64,000 bases of DNA from positions 1 to 64,000 of the IMG/VR virus record IMGVR_UViG_3300047554_000629; one strand, given 5' to 3'. The position numbers and the translations under genes are program-made. A model generated the notes under the pieces. That model was not told where the DNA came from, did not search any database, and was given only the letters and a program-made list of their open reading frames with translations. Positions 28,902 to 38,336 of this stretch are shown here, piece after piece. The DNA is from an uncultured virus (IMG/VR IMGVR_UViG_3300047554_000629) (Duplodnaviria > Heunggongvirae > Uroviricota > Caudoviricetes). Every line of letters begins with the position of its first letter. Within the stretch, counting starts at the first letter, position 1.

Positions 28902-29999
28902 TTAGATCGGGCTCAGAATGTTCTGAATCAGCCAGCCAGAGGCTGGGGCAGCAAGCACTTCCTGAATTTCTTCCGTGACGTAGCCGCGTGTCATGCGGTT
29001 CTCAGGATCATCGAACGTCTCAAGTTCGATTTCCTTGCCGTAGTAGTACAATTGCAAGGTCGAGAAGTTGGACGAACTTGCCATTCCGTCCAAGCCTCCG
29101 ATTCGAGATAGAACAATGGCCGAACTGTCATCCTTGATAAACCGGCGTCCAGGGACAGCGCCAGTCACCGAGGCCTCAGAACCGATTGCGGCCGATGCGG
29201 AATCACGTTCGGTCACAATGCTGGCGTCTTCGACCAGAATGTCCCAGCCATAAAGCTGATCCGGCAGACCCCACTGAGAATTCTGCCCAGGCTCACGACC
29301 CTTCACCTGTGCCATCGCAAATGGCGATTCACGCAAGTAATCATGAATTTCAGGAGACCGGCTGACTCGAAGGGCCGCATTCGGGCTCAACATCAAACGC
29401 AACAGACCCTTGTTTCGGAAGTTCACTGCGCCGTTGGTGTACAAGTTGATCCGAGCGCCAACGGTATCCAGCGTGCTCTTGATCGCAAGGTAGTTGCCGC
29501 TGCCAGGATCAGACGAGGACAAATCCCAGAACCCGCGACCGCCGTTCAAAGAGTTGGCCGTCGCCGTGTTATTGCCCCAGCCGCTTGTCGTCTCAAGCAA
29601 CGTAATTGCTCGCTGAGTTCTGGCCGTCATAAGTCGGCTTCGTGCTTGCATGGACTCCACATCGAGAACCTTGATGTCGGCTTGTTCGATGAGCTTCCAG
29701 TCAAGGACGAACTTCTCAAATCGCCGTTCGGTCTGGAACTCAACGGTATCGAACTTCGCACCGTTGAAGTCGCCGATGTCTCGGCGCATTCCGCCTTTCC
29801 AGACGTTTTCCTTGTCGTTCACAGAGCGAACGAACGAATCCACGCCGATCCTGTAATAGAGACCGACCGTTTTCTTGGTCTCAATCAGCTGGGCGTAGTC
29901 ATTCAACAGGAAGTTCTTGGGGTCGCGGGCAAACATAATTGCTTGCCCGGTCGCTTCTGGAACAAAGGCGTTGAATTCACCGAAAAAGTTCAAGGCCAC
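28902..29999 (-). CDS. major capsid protein (HK97-fold expected)
   Basis: 365 aa, AGGAG RBS, after scaffold and decoration genes; WGLPDQLYG...APASGWLIQNI. Confidence 0.75.
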   Translation of the reverse strand: MALNFFGEFNAFVPEATGQAIMFARDPKNFLLNDYAQLIETKKTVGLYYRIGVDSFVRSVNDKENVWKGGMRRDIGDFNGAKFDTVEFQTERRFEKFVLDWKLIEQADIKVLDVESMQARSRLMTARTQRAITLLETTSGWGNNTATANSLNGGRGFWDLSSSDPGSGNYLAIKSTLDTVGARINLYTNGAVNFRNKGLLRLMLSPNAALRVSRSPEIHDYLRESPFAMAQVKGREPGQNSQWGLPDQLYGWDILVEDASIVTERDSASAAIGSEASVTGAVPGRRFIKDDSSAIVLSRIGGLDGMASSSNFSTLQLYYYGKEIELETFDDPENRMTRGYVTEEIQEVLAAPASGWLIQNILSPI

Positions 30000-30032
30000 G
30001 GCCTTCTCCTTGCAAAATTATTGCAATACCAA

Positions 30033-30422
30033 TTAGACAGATCGTTCAAACGTCTTGACCTGTACACGAATCTGCTGGCCAGACGTTCCGCTGACAATGG
30101 CGCGAGCGCCAACGTCATCAAGGTCTGTGCTTGAAGTCACGCCCTTGCCGTCTGCGTCAGACTTCAGATAGTCGCCAGCAGTGACGGTCCCGCCAAGCTC
30201 AAGCAGGCACTCTTCGTTTTCGAGGTAAACGCCGACAGGCTCGCCAGCGATTGCCGCGCGGCCAAGAGTTTCCACATACGGAGTCCGGCGAGTATCACGC
30301 TGGCTAATTCCGTAAACCCGGCCGTTAGCGCCAGATTGCGTAACTTGGCCGCTGTCCGTTGTGTCCTTGATGACAAAACGGCACGGATAAATAGCTGCAC
30401 TTGCAATTGCCGAAGCAGGCAT
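30033..30422 (-). CDS. capsid cement/decoration protein (DUF2190-like)
   Basis: LELGGTVTAGDYLKSDADGKGV. Confidence 0.7.
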   Translation of the reverse strand: MPASAIASAAIYPCRFVIKDTTDSGQVTQSGANGRVYGISQRDTRRTPYVETLGRAAIAGEPVGVYLENEECLLELGGTVTAGDYLKSDADGKGVTSSTDLDDVGARAIVSGTSGQQIRVQVKTFERSV

Positions 30423-30439
30423 GTTTCTCTCCAGTCAGA

Positions 30440-31243
30440 TCAGCTAACTCGAATCATGTCAAACGTCGTGGCCGCAGTCTTGCGAAGCAAGTATGTGCCG
30501 CCAGTGGTCGTTACAGCGCCAGAACCGATCAGCGTCACATCGGTTCCGCCAGAAAGCGTCGATGTATTCGATGCGTGATTCGCGTAATGGAACACAAGCA
30601 AAGAATCCCCAGTTCGCAATTCTGGGAAGTCGCCAGCAGTCTGAGTCCCTGTGCGAGTCGTCATCGTGACGTTTCCGCCAGATGCGTCCTGGAACAAAAC
30701 CCGACCGCGAAGATTCGCTGCCGACACAGTACCAGCGTTCGCAACCGTTTCCTTGGACGTGTAGAACGGCAAGCCCTGGGCAAAAACAGTCGCCGCATAC
30801 CAAAGAGTAGCCGATGTCGGGATGAACAAAGCCATCGTTCCGGCTTCCATCGTGAAAGCCGCATCTTCGGCCAATGCGTTGATATTGTCGTTGCCGCCGT
30901 TCACCGGATATACAAGCAACTTCGCAGTAGTATCGTTGATGACCCAGTACGGGCCAACCGTTGTCGCAGCCGCAGGCAACGCAACACCCTTCGCGTTGTC
31001 AGCACCAGTAACAACCGTCACTTGATTCACGATCACAGCGGCATCAGTGGCACTTGAGCCAGCTGCCGCCAGTGTTCCACGCGACAGACCCCACATGCTG
31101 CTTGCAGGCATCATGTGATTGCCAGACGAGTCCAGCACAACCGCTTTGCTGGCAACGCCAGTACCGGCTGTAGCGCCGTCCAAGACCGCTTCTTCAGTGG
31201 TCGTCAGCGTACCGGCAGAATTAACAGGACGGCCATAGCCCAT
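30440..31243 (-). CDS. structural (decoration-like) protein
   Basis: LDGATAGT..ASKAVVLD; VYPVNGG.DNINAL. Confidence 0.55.
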   Translation of the reverse strand: MGYGRPVNSAGTLTTTEEAVLDGATAGTGVASKAVVLDSSGNHMMPASSMWGLSRGTLAAAGSSATDAAVIVNQVTVVTGADNAKGVALPAAATTVGPYWVINDTTAKLLVYPVNGGNDNINALAEDAAFTMEAGTMALFIPTSATLWYAATVFAQGLPFYTSKETVANAGTVSAANLRGRVLFQDASGGNVTMTTRTGTQTAGDFPELRTGDSLLVFHYANHASNTSTLSGGTDVTLIGSGAVTTTGGTYLLRKTAATTFDMIRVS

Positions 31244-31258
31244 GATCCAACTCCTCAA

Positions 31259-31281
31259 AATAGGCGCGAGTCGCGCCTATT
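31259..31281. repeat. 23-bp palindrome family, copy 4
   Basis: AATAGGCGCGAGTCGCGCCTATT overlapping the stop of 31280-31960. Confidence 0.9.
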
Positions 31282-31960
31282 AACGACCCGTGTAAATTGC
31301 TGAGACCTTTTCAAGAACGCCAGCATTCGTGGCATTGCCTGAATGCAAAATCATCGGCTCGTTCATGCCGTCAAGCGGCCATTCAGTGATCGCAAGACCA
31401 GGGATGGTCCCAACAAAACCAGCAACGCCTTCGCCAGCGTCGGAACCAAGGTAAGTCGTGATGCTCGCAGGGAGCGTGTATTGCGGATGGGCCAAGTTGT
31501 CGTTCGGATTCGTGTCCGTGATGATCCCGAAGAACCAGAACGGAGCACCCTTCAGAACCGTCGAAGTCGGCACGTTCGTCGTCATCGTGATCGCCAGCGT
31601 CGATACGCTGGAAACCGTGTCGAGAACGTAATTGCCATCGGCAGTCTGGTAAACGCAAAAATCGTTTGCCGCAATCGCGTTGTTCGATGTGTTCACAGTG
31701 CCAATCGCACTGTAAGCGCCAGGGTCTCGCTCAATGTTGATAACGGCTTGAGAAGTCGCAGCCGCAGCAGATGCGAACGTCTTTCCTAATGGCCTCATCA
31801 CTGTAAGAGTGTGAGCTGTTGCGCCAGCTGTGTACCAAACGCTCGTCAAACGAGTGAAACTCTTTTCACGAGGCGGCACAAGCCGAGTAATCACCGTGCC
31901 TGCGGTTTGGGTCAGTTTCCCATGCCCAAAAACGCCATGTCCTGGAATCGAAATCATCAC
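31280..31960 (-). CDS. structural protein
   Basis: AAGGAG RBS; head operon position. Confidence 0.55.
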   Translation of the reverse strand: MMISIPGHGVFGHGKLTQTAGTVITRLVPPREKSFTRLTSVWYTAGATAHTLTVMRPLGKTFASAAAATSQAVINIERDPGAYSAIGTVNTSNNAIAANDFCVYQTADGNYVLDTVSSVSTLAITMTTNVPTSTVLKGAPFWFFGIITDTNPNDNLAHPQYTLPASITTYLGSDAGEGVAGFVGTIPGLAITEWPLDGMNEPMILHSGNATNAGVLEKVSAIYTGR

Positions 31961-32013
31961 TTCTCCTTAGCTGCGTCTGGTGTCGGACAAGCCGATCATG
32001 CCGAGCGCACGGG

Positions 32014-32919
32014 CTAATTGTTGACGACCACTTCGCCTGTCATCGCGTATTGCTTGCACTGTTCCCAAGTCGCCTTGGGGTTTTTCTTCATGTAATCGCG
32101 GGCTTTGTCCAAAGAGTCCTTGCCGAATGCTTCGCCCTTGCCGCTGTTGACCTTCTGGTCAGTGATCTGGAGGAAGTCGCCAATCGGCGCGCCCTTGGCC
32201 GCGTACTGGACTGCTTCGTCTTTTTCCCAGTAGGCAAGAATCTGAGCTGCTTCTGCTTTGCGAGAGACCTCGTTCATGCCAAGCAACTTCTTCTTGATTT
32301 CGGCTTTCTTCTTTGGATCGCCGAGTGCTTTGACACCAGCATATTCAAGCTGGTAGATGAGGTTGTCCGTGTCTTTTTCAGCGGCCTTGAGAGTCAGCTT
32401 GGCCAACTCCGCGTCTTTCTTCGTGCGGTCGCTCTTGAGGCTGGCAATCTCTTGCCGAAGCCCACCAATCGCGTTGGCAACCTGCTCAAAGGCCTCAGCA
32501 TAAGTGATGACCTGATCGCTGTTTTGCATCGCAAGAGCCTCTTCGGGTTTCTGTTCACCTTCCGGCAGCGGGACTTCTTCAGCACCGCCGCTCATTGCTT
32601 CCTGAGTGGCCGCTTCTTCAGCCGCCTGTGGATCAACAGGCTGCTCTTCTTGACCGCCTTGGTCAGCCATCATGTGTTCGTAGAGTTGTGCCAGACCGTA
32701 CAGAGTCGGATTGGTCTGGAGTGCGTATTCAAAGTTGGCCAGCCATTCCGCATGACCAGGAGGTTCTTGCGGACCTTGCTCAGCACCCATGTCCATCTCG
32801 GCATCGGGAGTAGCAGCCTCGCCGCCGCTCTCTTCCTCGCCTTCGTAGGATTCGGATTCGTGGCCTTCACGCTCTTCGCGGTCTTTTTTCTCTTGCTCTT
32901 CGTCTCTCTCGTCAGCCAT
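32014..32919 (-). CDS. putative scaffold protein
   Basis: Acidic N half, coiled coil, basic helical C-terminus. Confidence 0.6.
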   Translation of the reverse strand: MADERDEEQEKKDREEREGHESESYEGEEESGGEAATPDAEMDMGAEQGPQEPPGHAEWLANFEYALQTNPTLYGLAQLYEHMMADQGGQEEQPVDPQAAEEAATQEAMSGGAEEVPLPEGEQKPEEALAMQNSDQVITYAEAFEQVANAIGGLRQEIASLKSDRTKKDAELAKLTLKAAEKDTDNLIYQLEYAGVKALGDPKKKAEIKKKLLGMNEVSRKAEAAQILAYWEKDEAVQYAAKGAPIGDFLQITDQKVNSGKGEAFGKDSLDKARDYMKKNPKATWEQCKQYAMTGEVVVNN

Positions 32920-33160
32920 GATGGCCCCTTTGGAGACCTTGTTATCGGCCAAACTTCTTTGCGAATGATTTCGCTTTGGCAGCGATTCGCGCCGTCTGAT
33001 AACTGATAGGCGCAGACTGGCTCATGCCATCAAGACAGGTAGATGGGATCGAGTCAGATTGAAACGCTTGATAATCAGGCGGAACCATCTTTGCCACAGG
33101 AAGAGGAGGAGCCATCTTGGCAACAGGCGGCTTTTCAGCCGGAAGAACATCAAGAACTCG

Positions 33161-36100
33161 CTATTGCCGTTGCGGCTTGAATCCATTAGCCGGACTTGAC
33201 TGCTTCCCTGATTGAGCAGCAACATTCGGCTTATCGCCAAGAGAATTCCGAATCGCCTTCCTTGCGCCAGCAGCAACAAGAGCGACCAAAATTGACTTTG
33301 TTAGAGCCCTTCTCTGTGTTCCAGGATCGCCAAGCAACAAGTTTCCGAACTTCTTCAACGGCGAGTCTTTGCCAAAGTTGATTAACTTCTTTTGGTCTGG
33401 ATGAGCCCGCTGAATAAACGAAGGCGGGATGTAATCCCCTTCGCCAAACTTCTGCCCCTCAAGCGTGATGCCGCCCTTCGGAGCACGCGGCCCCTTGGCC
33501 ATGCTCTTCGGCATGTCCTGCGGAATCCGCATCAGCAACTTCCGGTTCAACTCGTGCAATTCTTCAGGCGTTGCATTCGAGATGAAGTCGCCGACATGGC
33601 CAGAGAGAGTCTCATGCAAGTGCTGCTGCAACTCTTTCTGAACTTCAGGAGGAGCATCGGCAATGAAGTCACTCACAGTTTGCTTGAGTTCAGGATCGAG
33701 TCGCTTTGGGACCGATGGCGATACTCCAAAAGCCTTACCAAGTCGCTTTTTGACACTCTCAGACATCTTCTGCCTAATTGCGCCGCCCATCGTCTTTGGC
33801 TGAGTTGGGATCGGCTTGCGACCGTCGCCCTCTTGGGCCTTCTTGAGTTTGGCCTTCTCTTCAGGAGTCGCCGACTCCAGAACTTCGGACGGAATGAATT
33901 GACCGCCGATGTACTTCTTGCCTTGAAGAGTCACACCACCAACCGGAGCGCGTTCGGCTGCGTAGGGAACCGGCCGTTTCTTTGATTGATCGGTAACTGC
34001 ACCAAGTCCTGCACCGCCAGCAGCACCCATCGTCCCGCCAATGGTAGCACCAGCAAGTGAGCCAACTGGACCAAGGATGCTCCCACCCACAGCGCCAGCA
34101 GCAGCACCGCCAGCACCTCCCATTAACCCACCTTTGGCAAGTCCTTTGAAGAAGTAAGGGACTGGAGACTTCTTCCCCTTGTTCTCAACCGGCGTGTCCT
34201 TCACACCAGCCGCCTTCAGTCCCTTCTCTGCGACCCAACCGACTGGGCCAGCCACTTTGCCGCCCATCTTTGAGCCGAGTTTCTCACCGAGGAATCCGCC
34301 TGCAATTCCGCCGACTGTAGAAGTGATCGGGGCCGCTGGTCCTCCGAGCATACCCAAGGTAGCACCAGCTGCGCCACCGCCGATTGCGCCAACAACTCCG
34401 CCAGCGTTGTTGTTCATCTTGGGCTTCGGGACTTCGTACCGGACTGGATTCTTCTTCCCGGCAGATACAACCGCGCCTTTCATCTTTGGCATGGATTTCA
34501 CGTTCCTTAGCCACGGAGGATCAGCGTTCCCTGAATCACCTTGGGCAACAGCTGCAGCAGCCGGAGTCGCAGCCGGTGCAACATCCTTCGGCTTCCTCAC
34601 ATACTTCCTCTTCGGTTTCGGACTGTCCTGAACAGCAGTTGCAGCCGGAGCCTGTGCCGGATCGGCAACAACCGCTTTCCCAGGTGTTGCATTGGCGTTG
34701 ATTGAACCAAGCAAATCGTCTCCGTCCGTGCCAGCTGCTTTCGGAGGAGGAGCACTTCTTCGTCCAGCGCCTGGGGGCGTTGTCTTTGGAGTCGGCTTAT
34801 TTGCCGTAGGCGGATTGCCTTTGCCAGCAACTGGAACATCGCCGTAAAGGCCAGCCAAAATGTCTTTGCCAAGCATCTCTGTCGCAGGTTGTCCAGTATT
34901 CCCGCCGTTCATCGGACCAGGGAAACCTCCCTGTGTTCCTGTCGGCGGAGTAGAAGGCTGACCGGCCAATCGCGCTGGGAATCCAGGCTGAACTCCTCCA
35001 GTGTCAGCTGGCAATGCTTCCATTCCAAGCCTTGACGGGAACCCTGGCTGTGCGCCATTGCTCGCTGCTGGAGTCGGCTTAACTGCCCCAGGAATTACCT
35101 TGTTCCTTTCAATCCTCTTTGCCCTATCTTGTGCCCGCTGAGCCACAGATTGCCTTGCTTGAGAACCCATACCCAACATTGCGCCGCCGCCAATTCCGGT
35201 TACACTACCGGCAATAGCGCCTTGTTTGATTGCCGTTCCAAGCCTTGATCGATACTCTTCGTCGGTCTCTCCAGGCTGTTGCCCATCAGCCATAATTCCG
35301 CTGCTGATACCAGTCAGCGCAGCACCGCTCAGTCCGCCAAGTGCCGATTGCTTCAGCACTTCGCTGGTTCGTGGGCTTTCACGCCGGAATTTCTGAACTG
35401 CACGAGACATCCTCTGGCCAAGTGATCTGTTGACCGGCGCATACTCTGTCGCCTGATTCTGAGTCGGTCCCATAGCTTTCCCGATCTGGTCTGCGGCCAC
35501 CATAGAGCCGACTTGAGCGGCCCCTTGTTGGACAGCCGGATTACGAACTGCCTTGCCAGCACCTTTCGCAATCGCACCGCCTGCCTTGGCCAACGCTGCG
35601 CCGAAGCTGTACTGCTCGGCATCTTTGGTTTTCCCAAGTGCAACGTCGAACTTGCCATACTGCACCGGCTTCGCTTGCCCCATGCACATCGACTTCTGAT
35701 CCGGCGTCATGGACCGAGCAAACGACGGCGGGATATGATGGCCAGCCTTAAAGTGATGGCCACCAATCTCGATGCCGCCTTTCGGGGCACGAAGAGAAGA
35801 GGCGTCGTATTTACCAACGGTCTTTCCTGCACCTGGGAAGAGTTCAGCGTTGACTTTTTTCATAAACTCGGCCCCCTCTTTCCCTGTGACAATTCTCGTT
35901 CCAACAGGCTTCGAAGGGCGAATCATAAACCGTTCTCTTGGGGTCAGACCAGCAGTAGTGCCAATTGCCATCCCCCTACTAATCAAGGCAGGCACTTGCT
36001 CTTTGCTGAAATTGAGTTTCTTGGTCAGACTCTTGATGAGTTCTTGATCGCCCTTCTCTGGGTCGATTTTCGTCAATTGATGCGTGATTCTGTCGGCCCG

Positions 36101-37582
36101 TTCCTTGTTTTTCGACGCCCTATCAAACGCAATCTTGGCCAATGTGATCCTTCGGTCTGCCGCCATCCCCTTCATCACGCCAGCGTATTCCTTCGGCCCT
36201 GCCGGACTCACTGGCGCACCGAAAGACATGCCAGCGTAATTCGCCGGTTGGCCAGATACTATCGAGTCTGCAATCGCGTCGATGTTATTGCCGCCTGTAT
36301 ACTTCGCTGGCTTGCCTTTGCACGAACTCGTCAATGGCCGATTCTTGGCCGGATCAAATCCAGACACCTCCTTGGTCATTCGGTCAATCTCTGCCTGACG
36401 AGCAGCGTTCTTCTGCTTTTGCATCGCTGCCGGATCAGCAGTTGGCTTGGCCGCAACAGACGTGCCCTTGGATGATTGCAAATCACGCGGCAACGGCTCT
36501 TTGAAACTCAAGAAGCCGCGCTGCGGAACGCCAACAGTCGCACCGGCGTACTTCGTCGGCTTCGTCTTGCCTGCAAACTGCCTTACTTTGGTTTCTTGGT
36601 TGTTCGGCAACATCGCCCGACGCGCCATGATGGCGTCGTTCTTCTGCTGCTTCATCGCCCCACGAACCGCCGCTGCCGGAACTCCTGCTGCCTGAGCAAG
36701 AGTCGTCTTCCCAGCCGCTTGTGCAACCGCATCTGCCTTGGACGGAATCGCCGAGGCTCTTGTATTGGCCAACTTCTGTGCCGCTTCACCAACCGGAGTC
36801 TGCCTGAACTGACCTGCGGCCTCGTGCGCTGCACCGGCCAAGATGCGAACCGGGTTCTGTTTCAACGCTTGCCCGGTTCGCTTCAGCCGCTCCAGTTTGG
36901 CTTGTGCTTTTAGGCCAGGGGATACGTATTGTTGCGCCTCGTACATCGCCACATAGTTCGGCGGGATCGGCTGGCCGGATTTGAACCTGTATCCGCCGAT
37001 TTGGATGCCGCCTTGGGGGGCAACGCATCGTTTGCCGACAGTTTTCTTCTCCATGGCGCGAACGATGCTCGAATACGGCATCGAATTGGCCTGATACGAC
37101 ACGATGCCCATCGGCAGGAACGGGTCGCGCTTCAAAAGCGCAACGCCAGTGACCTTGTTCGAGTTCGGATAGAAGTCAACACTGCGGAACGGGTATTTTT
37201 TCGTGTCTTCCCAGTGTTCTTTGTCGTAGTACAACGTGGCCAAGACTGCCGGAGTACCCTTTGGCCCGAATGTGCCAACTTTCGCATTGCGAGCAACGCC
37301 AACAATGTCAGGCTGGAGCTTTTCAGGGTACGAAGGGTCGCTTTGTTGCCGATGGCCGATGGTCATGATCGGCGGAACGCCGTATTCGGCCTCTCGCACA
37401 TTGATCTGGTCCGCAATGAGCGGCAAATCCTGCGCAGTGACCACTATGTCAACTTCTTCCCCGTTTGGCCCTCGCGTTTTCCGCGTGTGCGGCACGAAGA
37501 TCGGCACATTCTCCACTCGAATGTACCGATTCGGGTCATTGATCTTGGCCAGGAAGTCGAGAGTTGGGTCGTTGGTTGCCAT
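33161..37582 (-). CDS. prohead-protease-like domain fused to a ~1,300-aa low-complexity modular extension
   Basis: IGH...YPFRSVDFY...TGVALLKRDP in first ~170 aa; glycine-zipper and P-x-x-Y-delimited modules. Confidence 0.65.
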   Translation of the reverse strand: MATNDPTLDFLAKINDPNRYIRVENVPIFVPHTRKTRGPNGEEVDIVVTAQDLPLIADQINVREAEYGVPPIMTIGHRQQSDPSYPEKLQPDIVGVARNAKVGTFGPKGTPAVLATLYYDKEHWEDTKKYPFRSVDFYPNSNKVTGVALLKRDPFLPMGIVSYQANSMPYSSIVRAMEKKTVGKRCVAPQGGIQIGGYRFKSGQPIPPNYVAMYEAQQYVSPGLKAQAKLERLKRTGQALKQNPVRILAGAAHEAAGQFRQTPVGEAAQKLANTRASAIPSKADAVAQAAGKTTLAQAAGVPAAAVRGAMKQQKNDAIMARRAMLPNNQETKVRQFAGKTKPTKYAGATVGVPQRGFLSFKEPLPRDLQSSKGTSVAAKPTADPAAMQKQKNAARQAEIDRMTKEVSGFDPAKNRPLTSSCKGKPAKYTGGNNIDAIADSIVSGQPANYAGMSFGAPVSPAGPKEYAGVMKGMAADRRITLAKIAFDRASKNKERADRITHQLTKIDPEKGDQELIKSLTKKLNFSKEQVPALISRGMAIGTTAGLTPRERFMIRPSKPVGTRIVTGKEGAEFMKKVNAELFPGAGKTVGKYDASSLRAPKGGIEIGGHHFKAGHHIPPSFARSMTPDQKSMCMGQAKPVQYGKFDVALGKTKDAEQYSFGAALAKAGGAIAKGAGKAVRNPAVQQGAAQVGSMVAADQIGKAMGPTQNQATEYAPVNRSLGQRMSRAVQKFRRESPRTSEVLKQSALGGLSGAALTGISSGIMADGQQPGETDEEYRSRLGTAIKQGAIAGSVTGIGGGAMLGMGSQARQSVAQRAQDRAKRIERNKVIPGAVKPTPAASNGAQPGFPSRLGMEALPADTGGVQPGFPARLAGQPSTPPTGTQGGFPGPMNGGNTGQPATEMLGKDILAGLYGDVPVAGKGNPPTANKPTPKTTPPGAGRRSAPPPKAAGTDGDDLLGSINANATPGKAVVADPAQAPAATAVQDSPKPKRKYVRKPKDVAPAATPAAAAVAQGDSGNADPPWLRNVKSMPKMKGAVVSAGKKNPVRYEVPKPKMNNNAGGVVGAIGGGAAGATLGMLGGPAAPITSTVGGIAGGFLGEKLGSKMGGKVAGPVGWVAEKGLKAAGVKDTPVENKGKKSPVPYFFKGLAKGGLMGGAGGAAAGAVGGSILGPVGSLAGATIGGTMGAAGGAGLGAVTDQSKKRPVPYAAERAPVGGVTLQGKKYIGGQFIPSEVLESATPEEKAKLKKAQEGDGRKPIPTQPKTMGGAIRQKMSESVKKRLGKAFGVSPSVPKRLDPELKQTVSDFIADAPPEVQKELQQHLHETLSGHVGDFISNATPEELHELNRKLLMRIPQDMPKSMAKGPRAPKGGITLEGQKFGEGDYIPPSFIQRAHPDQKKLINFGKDSPLKKFGNLLLGDPGTQRRALTKSILVALVAAGARKAIRNSLGDKPNVAAQSGKQSSPANGFKPQRQ

Positions 37583-37630
37583 ATCCTTTATAGGGGGATG
37601 CAATATGGCAACCGAACGACGGATGATGTG

Positions 37631-38335
37631 CTATTTAAGAGGTTTGGCCCCTTCGATGTCGTCGATATGTCCGCCCGGCAGCTTTTTACCAGCGTATCCA
37701 ACTGGCTTTGTCTCTTCTTCGTCAGGCAGCGAATCCATCACATATGCCGGTAGCTCTACAATGTCGTGATTGCGAGCCTTCCTGATCCGATGCCGACCAT
37801 CAATGATCTTTGTGACGCCATCCTTGTGCCAAATGAGAAGAGGATGCGACAAATCGCATTCTTCTGCCCTCTCCACAAACGCCGGTGAACGGTCATGTTC
37901 GTCCGATTCCGAGTCCTGCATGAGTTTTGACAACTCATCGACTGGCACAAACATCAACTTGGCCGACTCTTTCGCAAATTCGGCCAATTCGGGGATTCGA
38001 TACTCCTTGCCACCCTCTTCTAACGACCACGTTTGGCCCCAGAACGGCTCTTTCTTGCCAACCACCGTGACCGCGTGCTCTTCAGAAGGATCGTCTTCAG
38101 TCGGCCTCTTGTGCTCCTCGACAATCAATGCCCCATCATCGCCGATATAAACGACCGGATTTTCGTCGTCTTGATTTTCTACAGGCGCATCTTCTTGTGT
38201 GGACTCATCTTGTGGACTAATCGGCGCAATTTGCGCCGATTCTTCTGGGTTGTATTCGTCGTCTTCGATAAGCAAATCCAATACAAATCCATTTGCATGA
38301 ATGTGCCCTGAGAAAATCTCTTCCAGTTCAGGCAT
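37631..38335 (-). CDS. ParB/Srx-like domain protein
   Basis: DLSHPLLI...IIDGRHRIRKA. Confidence 0.65.
   Translation of the reverse strand: MPELEEIFSGHIHANGFVLDLLIEDDEYNPEESAQIAPISPQDESTQEDAPVENQDDENPVVYIGDDGALIVEEHKRPTEDDPSEEHAVTVVGKKEPFWGQTWSLEEGGKEYRIPELAEFAKESAKLMFVPVDELSKLMQDSESDEHDRSPAFVERAEECDLSHPLLIWHKDGVTKIIDGRHRIRKARNHDIVELPAYVMDSLPDEEETKPVGYAGKKLPGGHIDDIEGAKPLK
38219..38241. repeat. 23-bp palindrome family, copy 5 (in frame in CDS)
   Basis: AATCGGCGCAATTTGCGCCGATT, read as SAQIAPI. Confidence 0.75.
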
Positions 38336-38336
38336 G

